Source: Acanthaster planci
Lineage: Eukaryota
Length of the DNA stretch: 64,000 bases
NCBI RefSeq assembly: GCF_001949145.1
Contig: NW_019091360.1
Coordinates: 2,291,599-2,355,598 of the forward strand
Direction: 5' to 3'
Both the position numbers and the translations under genes were made by a program. Position 1 is the first letter of the stretch. The number at the start of each line of letters is the position of its first letter. Under the pieces are notes generated by a model. It ran no database searches and was not told the origin of the DNA. It worked only from the letters and a program-made list of their open reading frames with translations. Shown piece by piece: positions 13,313 to 26,956 of this stretch.

Positions 13313-15499
13313 GGGAGGGGAGCCTGGGTGGGTTTTGAACAATTTCAGTATCGTATTAATACAATCAGGCCCACATGGAAAGGGTGCGACACCATTTTTC
13401 CATCATTTTTTAAAATCCCTATTCCAAATATATATAACTATTCAAAGATTTCGGGAGATAAATTTTGTCAATCACTACTATGTATTCCAAATCAAGTGAA
13501 GCAATAGCGTTTCCCTGAAAATTGAGACCGTGACATAAAGATGAAATGAAAATGATACTCATGAATACAACTTTAGTACGGCTCTGGTTTAGTCACTATA
13601 TTAATGGAATTTTTCAAAGTGAGCTCTGTTATTTTGAGGATTTCCGTGTATATTTTTTAATTTTATCAACTTAAGGGTTTATTTCAGAGTCTGGACGGGC
13701 CAAGCTTTCTTCTGTAACAGCTGGCAGTACTTGAGGTTCATAATCATCATTTTACCACAAGCTATGACCCCATAGGGCAATCTAGATCTAAGAACACTCG
13801 CTGGTCACGAAAATGTTGGAACATACATATACGTAGTCGCAGCTTACTTAAGCGCTGCTGCAGCCAGTGCCGTTTTCCAAATTCCAATACTCAATTCAGC
13901 GACGTCTCAGCCTTCAATTGCTTTTTAACTAGCTAACGTTAAAGCTGTAAGCGCAGTAATTAGTTTAATAGTGGCACAAAACATAAAATAAGATGCAAGA
14001 GAGCCAGAAATTATAGTAATCAAATTTAATTTATAGGCTTCAGGCCCACAATCGGGGACTGGTTTCGGGAATGAAGCCTGAAACGGAGCCCACGTCGTGT
14101 ATTGGAAAAGGGCCCAGCATTGGAATTAGAGAGCTGGTAAAGTAAAGTGCGCCCTCTATTAAGAAAATAATTTTTATTTTCTAACCATTAGTTCCGGATG
14201 TTCTCTTCCTATCCTTTCTTCAGCGCGGCGCAAAAAGGAATCAGTTAATTATCGGTTCTCCCGAAAAGTAGATAAGTGAAATATATAATTTAACTTTTTA
14301 TGTTCCTGCAGTTTTTGTCTCATGTTTTTTTTCTTCATTTCAATTTTTAATCAGGATAGAAGTATCGCGCACGCCACTGGTGATATACAACGAGCATATT
14401 TTAAAACCCCACAACTACAAATTTGAAAGATTTACGCTGAAGTCGCTGCAGATATAAAAATAAATTTCAACCACAATTAAAAGTGTCATTTTCCTCTCGT
14501 GAAAAACGACTGGAATAAATTTTAAACATTGATTGTTGTCGTTTTCCAATGAAATCGCGCAAGACAGCGAGGCCGCAAAATAGCACAGCGCCCTCTTTGC
14601 TTAGATGCCATTCTTTTGTTGGTCATCCCGCCCCCTGCTTCAGTTCACACACGCCACGACGTGACGTCAAACCGCGGAATATCTTCACTATATTTGGAAG
14701 TGGAATTGGCGGTGGCCCCGTCGCTGGGCTGATACTGCAGCCTGGAACAGCTGTGTGGCCCTCGAACTGGGCTCTCCAAATATGGCCCATGGTAATGATT
14801 ATTACAAGCTTTTCGATGTCTGGTACTTCCTCCCTTCCCGGTGCAGCATCAATGTTCCAGGAGAGGAGAGGGTCTTCCACGCCAGCCAACCAGTGGGTGT
14901 TACTTCTACCCAGCGCATCAACAGAAGTTACTTTTCCCTCATTGAACTGAACCGCGACTGTGCGTCGATTTACAATAATTTATAGAAGACTGGATCTCCA
15001 ATTGTATGGTGTCTCATCCAACATCATGTTCGACGTAACTCTCTCTCTTGAAATGTTTTGGACCTTTAGCGCTTGCTCTAAACGTTTAAATGCGATGAAG
15101 TATAACAACTTATTAAAATAAATTCACCTCCTTTTCAGTGAATCGAGTTCATGTTCTCTTTAATTTTTTTCAGACATCGCCATTAGGCCTAAATTTTGCA
15201 CAGGTGGAAAAGGATGATGAAATAGTAGTACAGATGATGCCCCCAAACAAGTCCTCATCCCACAAGTACAGGTGTAAGTAGGTGTAACCAATGCTCACAA
15301 GCATCTGGAGATGGAATCACACACCTTAAGTCACTTGCTTAATATAGCCCGTCTAAATATAAACTGCCCGTCCGCCGGTATAGGGAATACCCTCTCGAGG
15401 GGCTTGAGCCGCTTATAGACCGGGTCTTTGGAATAGCTCAAATGGGGTCGACCACACCACCAAGTGGAGCCGGTGTCAACGATTGAGTTACTACGCCAA

Positions 15500-16288
15500 T
15501 GACGGGGCTTAGAGTTGAATCGCAGGGCCGTTTTGACGTCATTTTGTCCAGTGCCTTAAAAAGTGACTGTTTTGTCGGGATGGCCACGGGGACATCTTAA
15601 GTTAAATTTGAAGGACTTATTGAACTTTTAGCAAGATATGAGAGGAAAAATAAACCTGCATTTAGTTTGAATCACAGGAGGGCAATATTTAATTTAATAT
15701 GGGCAATTTAAAAAACTTTATTATCCATAATATAATTAATCATCCAAAACTGGTTTATAATTCGTGATCAGATCGATCGCTTAGTATATTTAGTCAATCG
15801 GTTAACCGATCAGCCGTTTCCTTGAACAGGGCTTTCACTCGCATCACAACTGAACAGCTCAATTGCACTTAAGTGACGAAGAACAAACTGGAAATCGTTC
15901 TTATATTGTCACCATCATTTTGATGCCTTAAAAAAGTCTTGTTTGCCATACGATCGCAACTTTGATAAATAGTTTTTCGGTATGCGCAGGCCTACTAGTT
16001 AAGGCGGTGGACCCTGACATCAGTCACACGTCACCAACATTTAACCATGTGGTGCTACCATTTCCTGCGCACTCAGAAGCAGCTATCTGAAGACATCTGA
16101 ACGCTGAGGATACAATTTCACATAGCTCCCAGCCTTCGGGGAGGAACGGCCGTCACTGGAAAGGCACAAAATAAAAGGCTTACGTCATCCGTTGTCCAAG
16201 CAACTGGAACCCCACGTGCCGAGGAAATTTTTGAGTGATTGGGACGAGGTGGCGCACTGCATCATGGGTAGGTGAAGAATAAGCAAAG
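15500..16288 (+). promoter_or_regulatory. Probable MYPT promoter / 5' UTR
   Basis: CpG-retaining DNA upstream of the ATG; CRE TGACGTCA at 15534-15541, CRE-like TTACGTCA at 16180-16187, reverse CCAAT near 16238; TSS cannot be determined. Confidence 0.5.
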
Positions 16289-16558
16289 ATGGCGGACACC
16301 GATGATACGACGTCCGTCGGTTCTCGGCCGAAAACGGCCTTAATGAAGCGACATGAACAATTGCAACGCTGGAAAGGCTCAGAACTGGACAGGGAACGAA
16401 GTAATGTTGATCCAAAGAGGATAAAAGTGAAATTTAACCAGGGATGTGTGTTTCTGGCGGCATGTGCGAGTGGCGACACGGACGAGGTGAAGAAAATGTT
16501 GGGAAAAGGGGCCGACATAAATTATGCAAATGTTGACGGCCTGACCGCCCTCCATCAA
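16289..16558 (+). CDS. PPP1R12A: MYPT coding exon 1 (MyPhoNE, KVKF, first ankyrin repeats), 270 nt
   Basis: aagATGG start; MADT...RHEQLQRW...KVKF...NVDGLTALHQ; donor GTAAGT at 16559, phase 0. Confidence 0.97.
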
Positions 16559-17101
16559 GTAAGTAAATGCACTTTACTGAGGTCTTGCCAGTGTGTGTGT
16601 CCTTGGTAGACAGCCCAAAGGGTCTCCCCCAGGCATGCATTAGCGGTTGGATTGGAATTTGCTGCGGTTGCACTGTATCTTTGACAGCTTAGGACAGGCG
16701 ATCAAGTTGACCTTTTGGCTTATTTGCATAAATACATGTGTTCAAAATGGCCGCCTGTCACTGTCGCGGTGGACATGGTGGAGGAGTTGACAATGACAAT
16801 GTTACTTATGTTAGGATTTTACTTACATGCATTCATAGAATTACGCACATGTTTTATCACTGGGGTTGGAATTTGGACTTGGATACCAATTTTGGTTTGA
16901 CAGTTTAATAAAAATTTTTTTTAAAAAATCCAGCAGCAGCAGCTTGTTAATTGTTCATGGTGTTCTTGAAAGTGGCCCAACACTAGTACATGTAAAACAG
17001 GATTAAAGAGTGAGAGATGTCATTGTCAGACAATGTGTTACCTATAAATTTAAAAGTGCGAATGAAGGTGCTACATGTAATGGTTACTTCATAGAGGCAT
17101 C

Positions 17102-17326
17102 TTCAGAAAGAGTTCCATAGCTTCCTGTTCCAAATACAGATGCCACTTAACACCCTGTGCACAAACCCTATGAAACTGGTCTGAAAAATTCCAAGTGTTT
17201 TCTAAGTCAAAAACTTGATTTTTCCCTCCTAAATTGAACTTTTTTGGACATGTTTTTGCTTTGTAGAAGCTAATAGCTCACTGTAGGGAATAGTTACTGG
17301 CGTTTATATATGGAACTCCTTCCGAA
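17102..17326. mobile_element. MITE family A, copy 2
   Basis: TIR TTCAGAAAGAGTTCCATA / TATGGAACTCCTTCCGAA; shares gtgcacaaacccta..actggtctgaaaaa..ctaaattgaacttt with 8968-9157. Confidence 0.8.
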
Positions 17327-20300
17327 TCTTTTATTTGTCTAATAGACAAATCCTGTTCCATGAGTTTGTTCAACCATGTTTAAAACGTTTTTAGCGTCAA
17401 CATATGCACTGACATGGGGCAAACACAATCAGCGTTAATGAAATGTCAACTCAAAAATGCACTCAAAAGCTTGAAAAGAAGTACAAGTATGGGTACGTTT
17501 ATAAGACTCATCTCTTATGAAGGGTAAACTCCATATTTCTCCAGGATAGCAACATATTTGCAGGAAGAGTTGAAGCTGCCATCTTTATTAGACTGATTGC
17601 ACTCAAACTAGGTGGCAACAAGTCACGTTACACAAACACCACTGTTGTGCTCTGTTTAGAATTTTATACTCATATTGCTTGAAATAAAGTTGTGTATTGA
17701 ACATGATATTTAATTAAGAGCTTAATTAGTACATGTATTTTCAAATATATTATTGACAAAAGAAAATGCATAAAAGTTATGCAGAACAGCTTAACCCCCT
17801 TTTATATTACCGGTAGTTATGCCACGTTGGATTCTATACTAGCTGAAGCTCAGGGGCCAGGCTACAGGACTGCCCCTGCACCAGAATCATGGTCAGATTT
17901 ACAATATAAGACCCCTCTATTGTTTCTCAGTTTTTAAACTTCCTGCAAGGTCTCTGTCATTCTCAAATCACTGTTACCGCCTCCGTAGATTGCAATATTA
18001 GATTAGCACATTTTTGAGGGAGAAAAGACACCTAAACAGTTGTTCAGGTGTCTTCAACCAGTCTTGTTGTCTTTCCACAAAGTAAAGCCACTTAACCCTA
18101 ACCTTCCCCAACCACACAGAATTAAACCGTAGTAAAGTGTTTAATTCTGTGGGGATAGGTCTGGTAGGCCCATAACAGCTGGCTTTTGCCAACAGCCTCT
18201 TTGCACAAAGTCCCATATGGATGTGAATGGGAAAGGTTAGGGCCAGCAACCCTTTGGGGGTTAGGGTTACAGACCTGTACATGAACATGCAGTCGTGTCC
18301 AAAATAGAGAGTTGTTTTTCAAAGTGTCATTTTTTTAAGATTAACTGAAACACCATGGATGTTTGTCCTCTTGTAGTATAAAAACAGGTTCCTAGATTTA
18401 ACTTATGCTTTACTACCTCTGTACCCTTGGCCCTTCATGAACATGTGCAGCTTTGTATACTAAATCTAAAACTTACTGAAATTCCCAATAACATTTTGTG
18501 GCTGCATGCACGCTACGGCTTTACTACCCTGCATACATGTATACATGTAAATACTGACAAACTCTGTGCATGCTCCATGTAATTGTCCATATGCTGGTTT
18601 CTTGTGTGTGGGAAATTTGCCTACTGTATGCATGTATGCATTACGTTTTTATTTCTAAACTAAAGTTTGTCACTCTCCAAATTCACCCCCATTCGCTTGA
18701 CTCACAGAAACATCGACATTCACACTTTTGGTGTGGTCCTGGATAACATAATGCCAAATTTACATGGAATCTGGTTTTTGGTAGCTCCATTATCTGCTTC
18801 ATATAGGAACAAGAGCTGGCAATGGCATGCTTTTTCACGAAAGCATCAGCCCTTTGGTGGGCGTGTGCGTGGGCGGGTCGGTTCATGCGGGTGGTACAGA
18901 GCAAGCACAACCAAATTCTGTGTAGTCTTTTGCATCTGTGCTAGGAGCTGCAGTTGAAGCTGTCCTACCAGCTTCTCTTTTCCTTCACCAGTAAGGGGGC
19001 ACCTCAGCACAGAGTGGATTGTGCTTGTGTTGAGTGTAGGTACCAAATGTCTGAGATTAATCAAGCAAAAAAAAATTGCCAATCAGGTGCTTGTCAATAT
19101 ACAGGGTATGTATAGGATATCGTCTGGCACTGAAGGATCAAATCTAATCCTTGCCCTTGCCCTCCCCAGCTACCCCTGCACACTGCTCATGCAAAGAGAT
19201 TGCTCCTGTTTATCTTTGATCTTTTAGTTTGCTTCTGTATTTGGTGGGGGAGGGTATTTTTGTTGCAGGTTTGTTTGCTTGGCCCTTTTTTTTTGGGGGG
19301 GGAGGATTGGGATGGGAGAGGCTTGAATATGAAATCCCCTGATTCAGTCATTAATTAGAACAGCTTTTGTTACAAGAGTGATGCCGTCCATGAGGGTCAG
19401 TGCTAAAAACTAATGCCAACTGAAACTTCTTTCACAAGCTTGTTTTGGTTAGAACTCTTACCGCAGTAAGGTTATATATAATGACCAGTAGCATCAGCCA
19501 AGTGGTGTAACAGTTTGCCGTGCATTATGTACATGTAAATCTTTGAATTTGTCCCTCTCTTTATGTATTTAGAGAACATACGTAATTAATCGCAAAATAT
19601 CCTCTTACCACAATGAGGAAATAACAGTGAGTTTGTGTAATTGCTTTCTTTAATGGCCCTGTTCCTCATTGTCATGAAGACAAGCAGAACAACCTGTTTA
19701 AAAACGGGATGCACATGTAAAACCCTCAGTAGACTGCACTTAATCTGGCCTACCAGAGTTAAACCATTTTTCATGCCTTATTAGATGTGGATGCCTGGCC
19801 TCTGAATTCGCTAAATATTACCTGACCAGTAAGCCAGTGATGATTATAACAGGAAGTACGGTATGTCCCACAATCTTATGTGGTAGGTCCGTGTTCAGAC
19901 CTGGGAAAGTTCAAGTAAACATGGACTTGACTGTAACTCAGGTTGTACAGTGTACAGTTATTGGGTGTGATTTTGCTTTGGAAGTGAGGGACTCTGCACC
20001 AGACTGCGACAGCAGTAGGACTGAACTTGTGCATTCAATTTATGAGGGTTTGGGAATCTTGCAGACTTAACAGTGTGAGTTCTTTGGCAAACTTCCCACG
20101 GTACTTTTAAAAAGGTCATACATTTTACAAATGGTCTGCATGTTGTAAAATTGTATTGGGGCATGATGACTGTTGTGTCAATGAAATGGGTCCTTCTGAC
20201 ATTTCAGAACTGAATTGTTTGTCTCAAGATTCAGTTCCCCAGTTTCATTTTTAGATAGTGCTTATGAATTCAAAATGTCTGTGTTCCCACTCTTAAAAAC

Positions 20301-20460
20301 TTACATGTACAACTTTGCATACAGTTTTATGGCACACTTACACTCACACTCTTACTACACATAATGTATGTATGATACAACCTGACCATGATCAGGGTAC
20401 ATGTACATGTATTGTCTCTCAAATTGGGTTGAAAAACTGACTTTATACTGCTATCCGCCT

Positions 20461-20636
20461 TGAGCAGAAGCACCCACTCATTGATTGGAAAGAGCTATGG
20501 TTGGGAATGATCATTTTGTTGGTAGCGATGTGACCATAACGTGTGCATTTCCTAGTCGTTTGTGGACCAGTGAAGTTCAGTTCTGACCAAAGGAGCCTCC
20601 GTCTAAGAAAACTGCACCCTCTCTTGGTCCAGCTCA
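20461..20636 (+). repeat. Dispersed repeat family B, copy 2
   Basis: Aligns with 11725-11907. Confidence 0.8.
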
Positions 20637-21149
20637 AGGCGTATAGACCACATGATGTTGAATCCAGTCCCAGAGGGAACAGCTTCTGTTTGATCTGTTA
20701 GCTTAAGTATTGAACAAATGACCTCTTGTCCTAGATGTTGAACATCAAAGTACATGCATGTACTGGTAGCAGACAACACACTTTGACTTTATCAAGGTGA
20801 AAGAGTTTGTTCAGAGAGTATGAAAAGGGCTTAGGGTACATGTGTACACTTGTATTTAAAAAAGTCAAGCATTGAAATGTTTGGTCAGTTGACAAAAAAG
20901 AACTGACAAAATATAGTAGGAATGTTTGAATTTGTGCATATATTAAAAATCAGAACTGATGGATTCACAGGATTGCAGTTATTCTGTTGCACCGTTCCCT
21001 ATGCAGTAAAAATCTGCACATCAACCCAGCTCTGATGATTGCTTTGGACTTTGTCAAGTCCTCCAATTTCAATATGAATTTTTCATACACCCCGGCACTT
21101 TAGTACAAAAACTTTTAGATGATTACATGTACATTAAAGACAATATGCA

Positions 21150-21710
21150 ACGTGTAGTTTTCATCCAAATACAAATAGCATGCCACTATTGAATAAAACT
21201 TACTGTATACCTGTGGCATACTGGTAGGCCCTACATGTAAACAAAAGTTTGGTTTTTGTCCAAATTTCAGTTGCATACTTGGATTCTCACCTCTGCTGTG
21301 GCAAAGGCATTGAAGAGTTTGTAAAGCTCAAACGTTTGAAGCTTCTCTCTTTCTTAAAATATGGCTGTGGCTCATTGCAGTTTAAGTTGAATATGAACCC
21401 TAATATATGCAAGAGGATGGACCTTCACATGGTCCATGTACATGCAAAGGACACATTACTACTTGACCTGTCTGGTATGTCAAATATGAAAGAACGTAAG
21501 GGATGGCACCAAAAATCAAACCATGGGATAAAGTGTTCAGCGGACAAAGTTTGGGCAGGCATAAACGGTTTAGGGCTCTGTATAGAAACAATTAAGTCCT
21601 GGATAAACAAGCAAAGGCAGATAGTGCAAATTCCTGGATATCGCAGCATCTTAAAAGTTGGCCAGGAAGTTTGGACTGGTTTTTACCATGTTGCCGCGCT
21701 GGCCAGTTGA
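21150..21710 (+). mobile_element. Decayed DIRS-like reverse transcriptase remnant in MYPT intron 1
   Basis: KLT..PVAYW (frameshifted), then VQISVAYLDSHLCCGKGIEEFVK..LLSFLKYG..KLNMNP, resembling the YLDD region of DIRS RTs. Confidence 0.45.
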
Positions 21711-24494
21711 AGTGAGAACATTTAAATAAGTGAAGACACCCCGTACAAGCCCACCCAAAAACAGAATAAATCTTTATAATTTAGTGTACTATAATATAAA
21801 TTGTTACTGCCTTGTTCAAATATGTGTTTTGTTGGCCATTTTAATGTATGTTCCGTTTGCAAGTGATAGAAACTCATAGCCCAAATCTGTGATACTGGAG
21901 GTCTCCCTTCGCAATCTCCACGTTAATATTGAATGAGAATGTACATGTACATACATGTACAAGTATGTATAAATCTACATGTGGTCTACCATGATTACGA
22001 TATTGATCTCAAAGAATGTATGTATGTTCAGGTTTGTAAGCATTTTTTCTGACATTTTCAATGTACTATTTTGATGATGTTCCAAGTTTTTGACAGCTTT
22101 TAAATTTAAATTGAATTGTTAAGTTTTGAGAAAACAGCAAAAAAACAACAAACACTACCTCACAACAGAGTTGAAATGCACAGGTCAGTGACCCCTATCA
22201 GTGGCTCTTAAGACCTGAGGCAAATTGATTTATTAACAGAATAAGTCCATTTAACCATAATGGTAAACAGCTATCTTGCAGTTCATTAAAGCTCTTGTAG
22301 CATTACTGGAGGATGCATGCAACTTCAGGGCTATACCAGGATCAAAACTGTTTGGCACCTTTTGTGATAATTGATTTTGCTGTTTACAATTTCAGTGAAG
22401 TCTGCTCACATTTCCCTAGGAGGCATTACTTGCCAAGGTTTATTAATTTGTTTTGTAGCTTGTGTTGGATGAATAACAGATTAAGGTGTTTCCTCAAGGC
22501 TTTAATTAACCACAGTAGATTGCATTAACCTAATGAGAGAAATCTCCAAGGCACCACAATAAAAACTGGCTCCCTGAATGTCTCTGTCTGCATTTGTGTG
22601 TGTGCTTACTTGAACAGGAATTTGTATGGTTTCTAATAAGTGCCAGAGGACACTTTGTTAGAAAATTGTTGAAGGGGGGACTTGGCTCATTTCATTGTAA
22701 AAAATTGTATTTTTCCTGTTTTGAGAAAACATTACTGGCGCCAGCAGTCGACCTGATGTCAGCTATTGTCATAAAATACCTTTTTAAATGTGTATGTTGC
22801 AACATGGAGGAGGAATCTTTCCTCCAGGGGTGCACATTTTGTAATGACTTGTTACTACTTGGGCAGTCATTGGAAAAACTGAGCTGGTGTGCCAGTTGAT
22901 AAGGCAGTTTGTTAATTCCGAAACCCCACGTGAAGGTGGATTTTACTCCTATGGAAACACATTCATATCAACAACTACATGTAAAATGATAAAAAATTGA
23001 TCTCTGTTGGCATGTTGTCATGGTCATAGGTTGCATACATGTACCGGTACATGTACTCATAGGACATTACTCTTGCACATTTATAGAATGTGTACATGCC
23101 ATTGCACTAGGCATGGCACCTGTGCATACTGCACGGTAGTGTTCGGTGTACTTTAGTGTACTAATAACCCAACTACAAGATACCGCAGTAAACACCACAT
23201 GCAGTTCTACCATCCCAGGCCATAATCCAGTGTACATGTACTGTACATGTACATCATGAGGCACCGTTAAGCCCCATTATGCAGTTGCACTGATATGGAA
23301 ATGTGGAGGGACAGTGTTCATACACATTATGGGTGTGTTCTTTAGCCCTGATGGGGACTGGTAGAGTGCTCTTTCAGTCCGGATTCCACTCTATCTGAAC
23401 TCAAGGTTCCAACAATAGCGTGGCATACCACTCAAGTGGATAATGGTGATTTTTATATCCATGTGTATGTATGTACATGAATCACCTTGTGTCTGGTTGT
23501 ACATGTTCAATGTACATAATGCAGAGTACCTGTACATTTTCCCCTGCTATGTTATTTGTCTAATGTGTGTATCACATGACCTTTGATAAGGAAGTTAAAT
23601 AAGTTTCTTCCTATTAACCTTGTACAATATGTAAATGTACGTAACTGTTCATCTAGTATGAATGTTGGGTTTTACCCAGCCTTCCCGAGTGTTGTTTCAA
23701 TAAAAAAAACATGAAGACTACAGACGAAGACTTCAGTAAATGCATCATTACATGTCGCCATGACCATGTATGCACAAAACATTGCACCCTTTCTTGCATG
23801 CTGTCTTTTTAGTTCGATAGGTTTTTCCCAGCTGTGTTATTCATCAGGGATCTTCCTGAATCAATATCGTGTGTACGTGCACATGTACATGTAGGCTTAC
23901 ATGTACATGTAGTTTTTCAAAATGAAGTTACATGAACGTGCTTGTGTACATACATTGGTGATTGTCGGCCCACATGTGCATGTATGCTGAGTCCATTCCC
24001 AGGGAAGTTGAGTCCCAGTGAAAGTTGAAGCACAAAGAGTGTGCCATATGTTTCCACCACCATGGCAAATTTGGATGATTTAAGGTTTCTAGCAAGATTG
24101 CTCAGCTAATCAGGGCCTTTCAACCATGCCCCTTAAATATCTGGTCAGTGGCTCAAATGAGGCAAATCACTTGTCATATGTTTGGATGAGACAGACAAGT
24201 TTATCTGCTGGCAGAAATCAATATTCATTCAAGCTTGAATTATTGGTCATTATGTTTATTGAGCCTTTGTCCATTGAACCAATAAATGACCCATCTTAAC
24301 TAGCAAGTCCTGTTATTGGTACATTTGAAATAGTTTGCCCTGATTGCCTTTGATCACTGATTTCTCATGAGGTCGGGCCTGCCATCTTTGAGGTCAGGCC
24401 TTCCTTTGAGGTCATGCCTACTGTCCGATATTACACCCACATACAATACCAACAGATCTTGTCACTGTCATTTTAAAACTTTTTTCTTTGAAAG

Positions 24495-24625
24495 GCTGTC
24501 ATCGATGAGAAGCTTGAGATGGTGGAGTTCCTGGTGGAGAGTGGGGCTGACATAGAAGCGCAGGACAACGAAGGCTGGACACCGCTCCATGCTGCAGCCT
24601 CCTGCGGCTTCCTGGACATAGCACA
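24495..24625 (+). CDS. PPP1R12A: MYPT exon 2 (ankyrin), 131 nt
   Basis: tttttctttgaaag acceptor; AVIDEKLEMVEFLVESGADIEAQDNEGWTPLHAAASCGFLDIA; donor GTGAGT, phase 2. Confidence 0.97.
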
Positions 24626-24647
24626 GTGAGTAGCGGTGTTGGCGTCA

Positions 24648-24782
24648 AGCCTGTTACTAGTCCCTGCAAGTCCTTCGCAAGTCCTTCACAAGTCCTTCAC
24701 AAATCCGTCACAAGCTTTTGTAGGGAGCTGTGGCTAAAAGCATTCCTTTGTCTTCGTTCTCCCCCTTGCTTGTGACTAGGCT
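24648..24782. repeat. Small element with 12-bp CAAGTCCTTCAC tandem units and AGCCT...AGGCT ends
   Basis: Four to five units at about 24667-24715; same subrepeat type as 51445-51637. Confidence 0.55.
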
Positions 24783-25450
24783 CATGTAAATTCAACTGCA
24801 ACACTGGTTAGTGGGAACAGAAACTAAGACACAGTCACAAACAGGAACATGTACATGTATTTCTCAACTGACTTCACCCTCTACAGATTGCCACGTGCAT
24901 CGATACTCTGGGTGTCAATTTTCTGTGGCGGGCATCAGCTGTGCCGTATTTCAAATATTTGGATCAGCACAAATGCATAGAACATGTTGCACACTGCACA
25001 CTCACACCTGATTGCATTGAATACACAATTTTAATTTTCCTGCAGATAGGGTGTCGTATGAGAGATATCTTTAATGCTGTGTTATGACAAGGGAGCAAGT
25101 AGCTTTTCATGAGCTATTCAGCTGCCCGTTTTGACAACATATAATCACTACACATTCCCCTACCAGTTCCCCTATTTCTTTTTGAGGTGCAGTGGAATGT
25201 GCAGTTTTTGTTGGCGGCAGTGGTATTCACTGGAGTAGTCAGACAGCAACGAAAACAGCTTCATATCCCGGGAGACCATTCCCTGATTTTCATTTTGATG
25301 TTGATCTTGGACCCTTCATCCCAGATTGTTTGATCAGGAATTGTCTGCTACCCTGTCTCAACTGAAGAAAAAGTAAAAAGTGGCTAGTACTCTGTGTTGG
25401 TACCCGGTACTTGCACTGCAAGTTGCAAGATACTGCACTGTGCTTACATG

Positions 25451-25520
25451 TATTTATTTATTTAGTTATTTAAATCACCAACAGCGGTTGCCCACCAATT
25501 ACAGGGATTTTTTGATAAAA
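25451..25520 (-). repeat. Retroelement-like 3' end, copy 2
   Basis: Reverse complement cctgtaattggtgggcaaccgctgttggtga...taaataaataaata matches 1940-2020. Confidence 0.55.
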
Positions 25521-25790
25521 TATGTAAATACTAAAAATACAATATAAATACTTGTTTGTTTGTAAAGTTGTATTGGACAAAATGGTACATTTTAACCCAC
25601 CCACTGGACTCCACAATTTGACTTTGAGAAGACTGTAAAATCAAGTGTTACGGCACAGATTTTAGAGGATTTTTGGTGGGGACTGTTTGGGAGATGTAAA
25701 TACATGTACACGTAGAATCAAGAGTTGACCATCTAATTTTGATTGTGAGCTGTCAAATTAAATGTTAGAGAGTTTGATAAGTCTCTGAAC

Positions 25791-26956
25791 TAGTGTTGGG
25801 TGGTTCCAGAATTCTCAGAGCCAGCTCCGGCTCCAGCTGAGGACCGCAATTCCAAGTTAGAACCGGCTCCCAAAGATATAAAGAAAAACATAATGTTTAA
25901 TAAAACACATTAAAAATCTGTCGCTGCCCGTGCCGCGCGCATCACGCCGGTGCCACTGCACTCACCAATAGCACAACAGACTGGCTTTTGGCCTTTCGTG
26001 GGCTTTAAGATTATCCACAGAGGGTATGTTGAATTTTATTTTTACCTCTTCGTAGACTAGTTATGGCTGGAATAAATCTGCAACATGTATGTACAACCAT
26101 GATATAACTCAGCACTGCTTCCTTCTGCACATAAAAAGAACAACAGCCGATTCGCTATTGCAAGTTCATGTAACTTTACCCATAATACAAATTGAATCGT
26201 CGACCATGCCGTGGAACTTCATGTATGGACTGGATCATGTGTACATGTACTTATTGAACATGTGTCAATGTATAGTAAATGGCCATGGACCATGCATAAA
26301 CTGGTCATTCGTAGGCACATCAAAAACCCTGATACGTCCACTATCTTGTTAGCTATGCCGTTGCCCGGGTCCACGTCCATGCATGGAACCAACTCCGAAG
26401 TGAGAAGTTGAGAACCAAGACCCTCGCTGGTGCATAAGTTCGCTCGGCTATTTCTTAACCCATGACAATTTTGCCTGGCGTCATACATGTATATGCAAAA
26501 AGTACAACACGTCACACGCAAGTACCAGGCAAAATTCACCAATGTTGAAGTCACAGCCACATGTAAAACAGTCTTCGAGCTTCATGGCTTCCGGCCATCA
26601 AAGCTCCAGTGCACTGTGCGTGCAATAACCAATGGGGTTTGGTACCCAGACACAAGGGTATTTTACAGTACATTTGTGTACGGATTTTCCCTTGTGTGGA
26701 AGGGTGTTCTGCTAAATGTACAGCATGCTATACATGTACACACGGGAGCAGCGGTGACTCGGATTCGATATTTGGAGTAGTCACAGGGGCTAAGCCAAGC
26801 CGTGACTGGTACTCGGATTTGATGTTTGGAGTCGGCTCTTTGAATGTGGAACCGCCAGTGGTGGGTACGCGGTTCTTCACAAGAGCAGAGCTGCCGATTC
26901 CAATTTTTTTGTGGCACCACGGTTCCACTTGGAACTGGGAGTACCGCACAAGCCTA
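25791..26956. mobile_element. Non-autonomous hAT-type DNA transposon (1166 bp)
   Basis: Perfect 8-bp TSD CTCTGAAC (25783-25790, 26957-26964); TAG...CTA termini with degenerate TIR; subterminal GGTTCC/GGAACC motifs; no transposase ORF. Confidence 0.85.
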
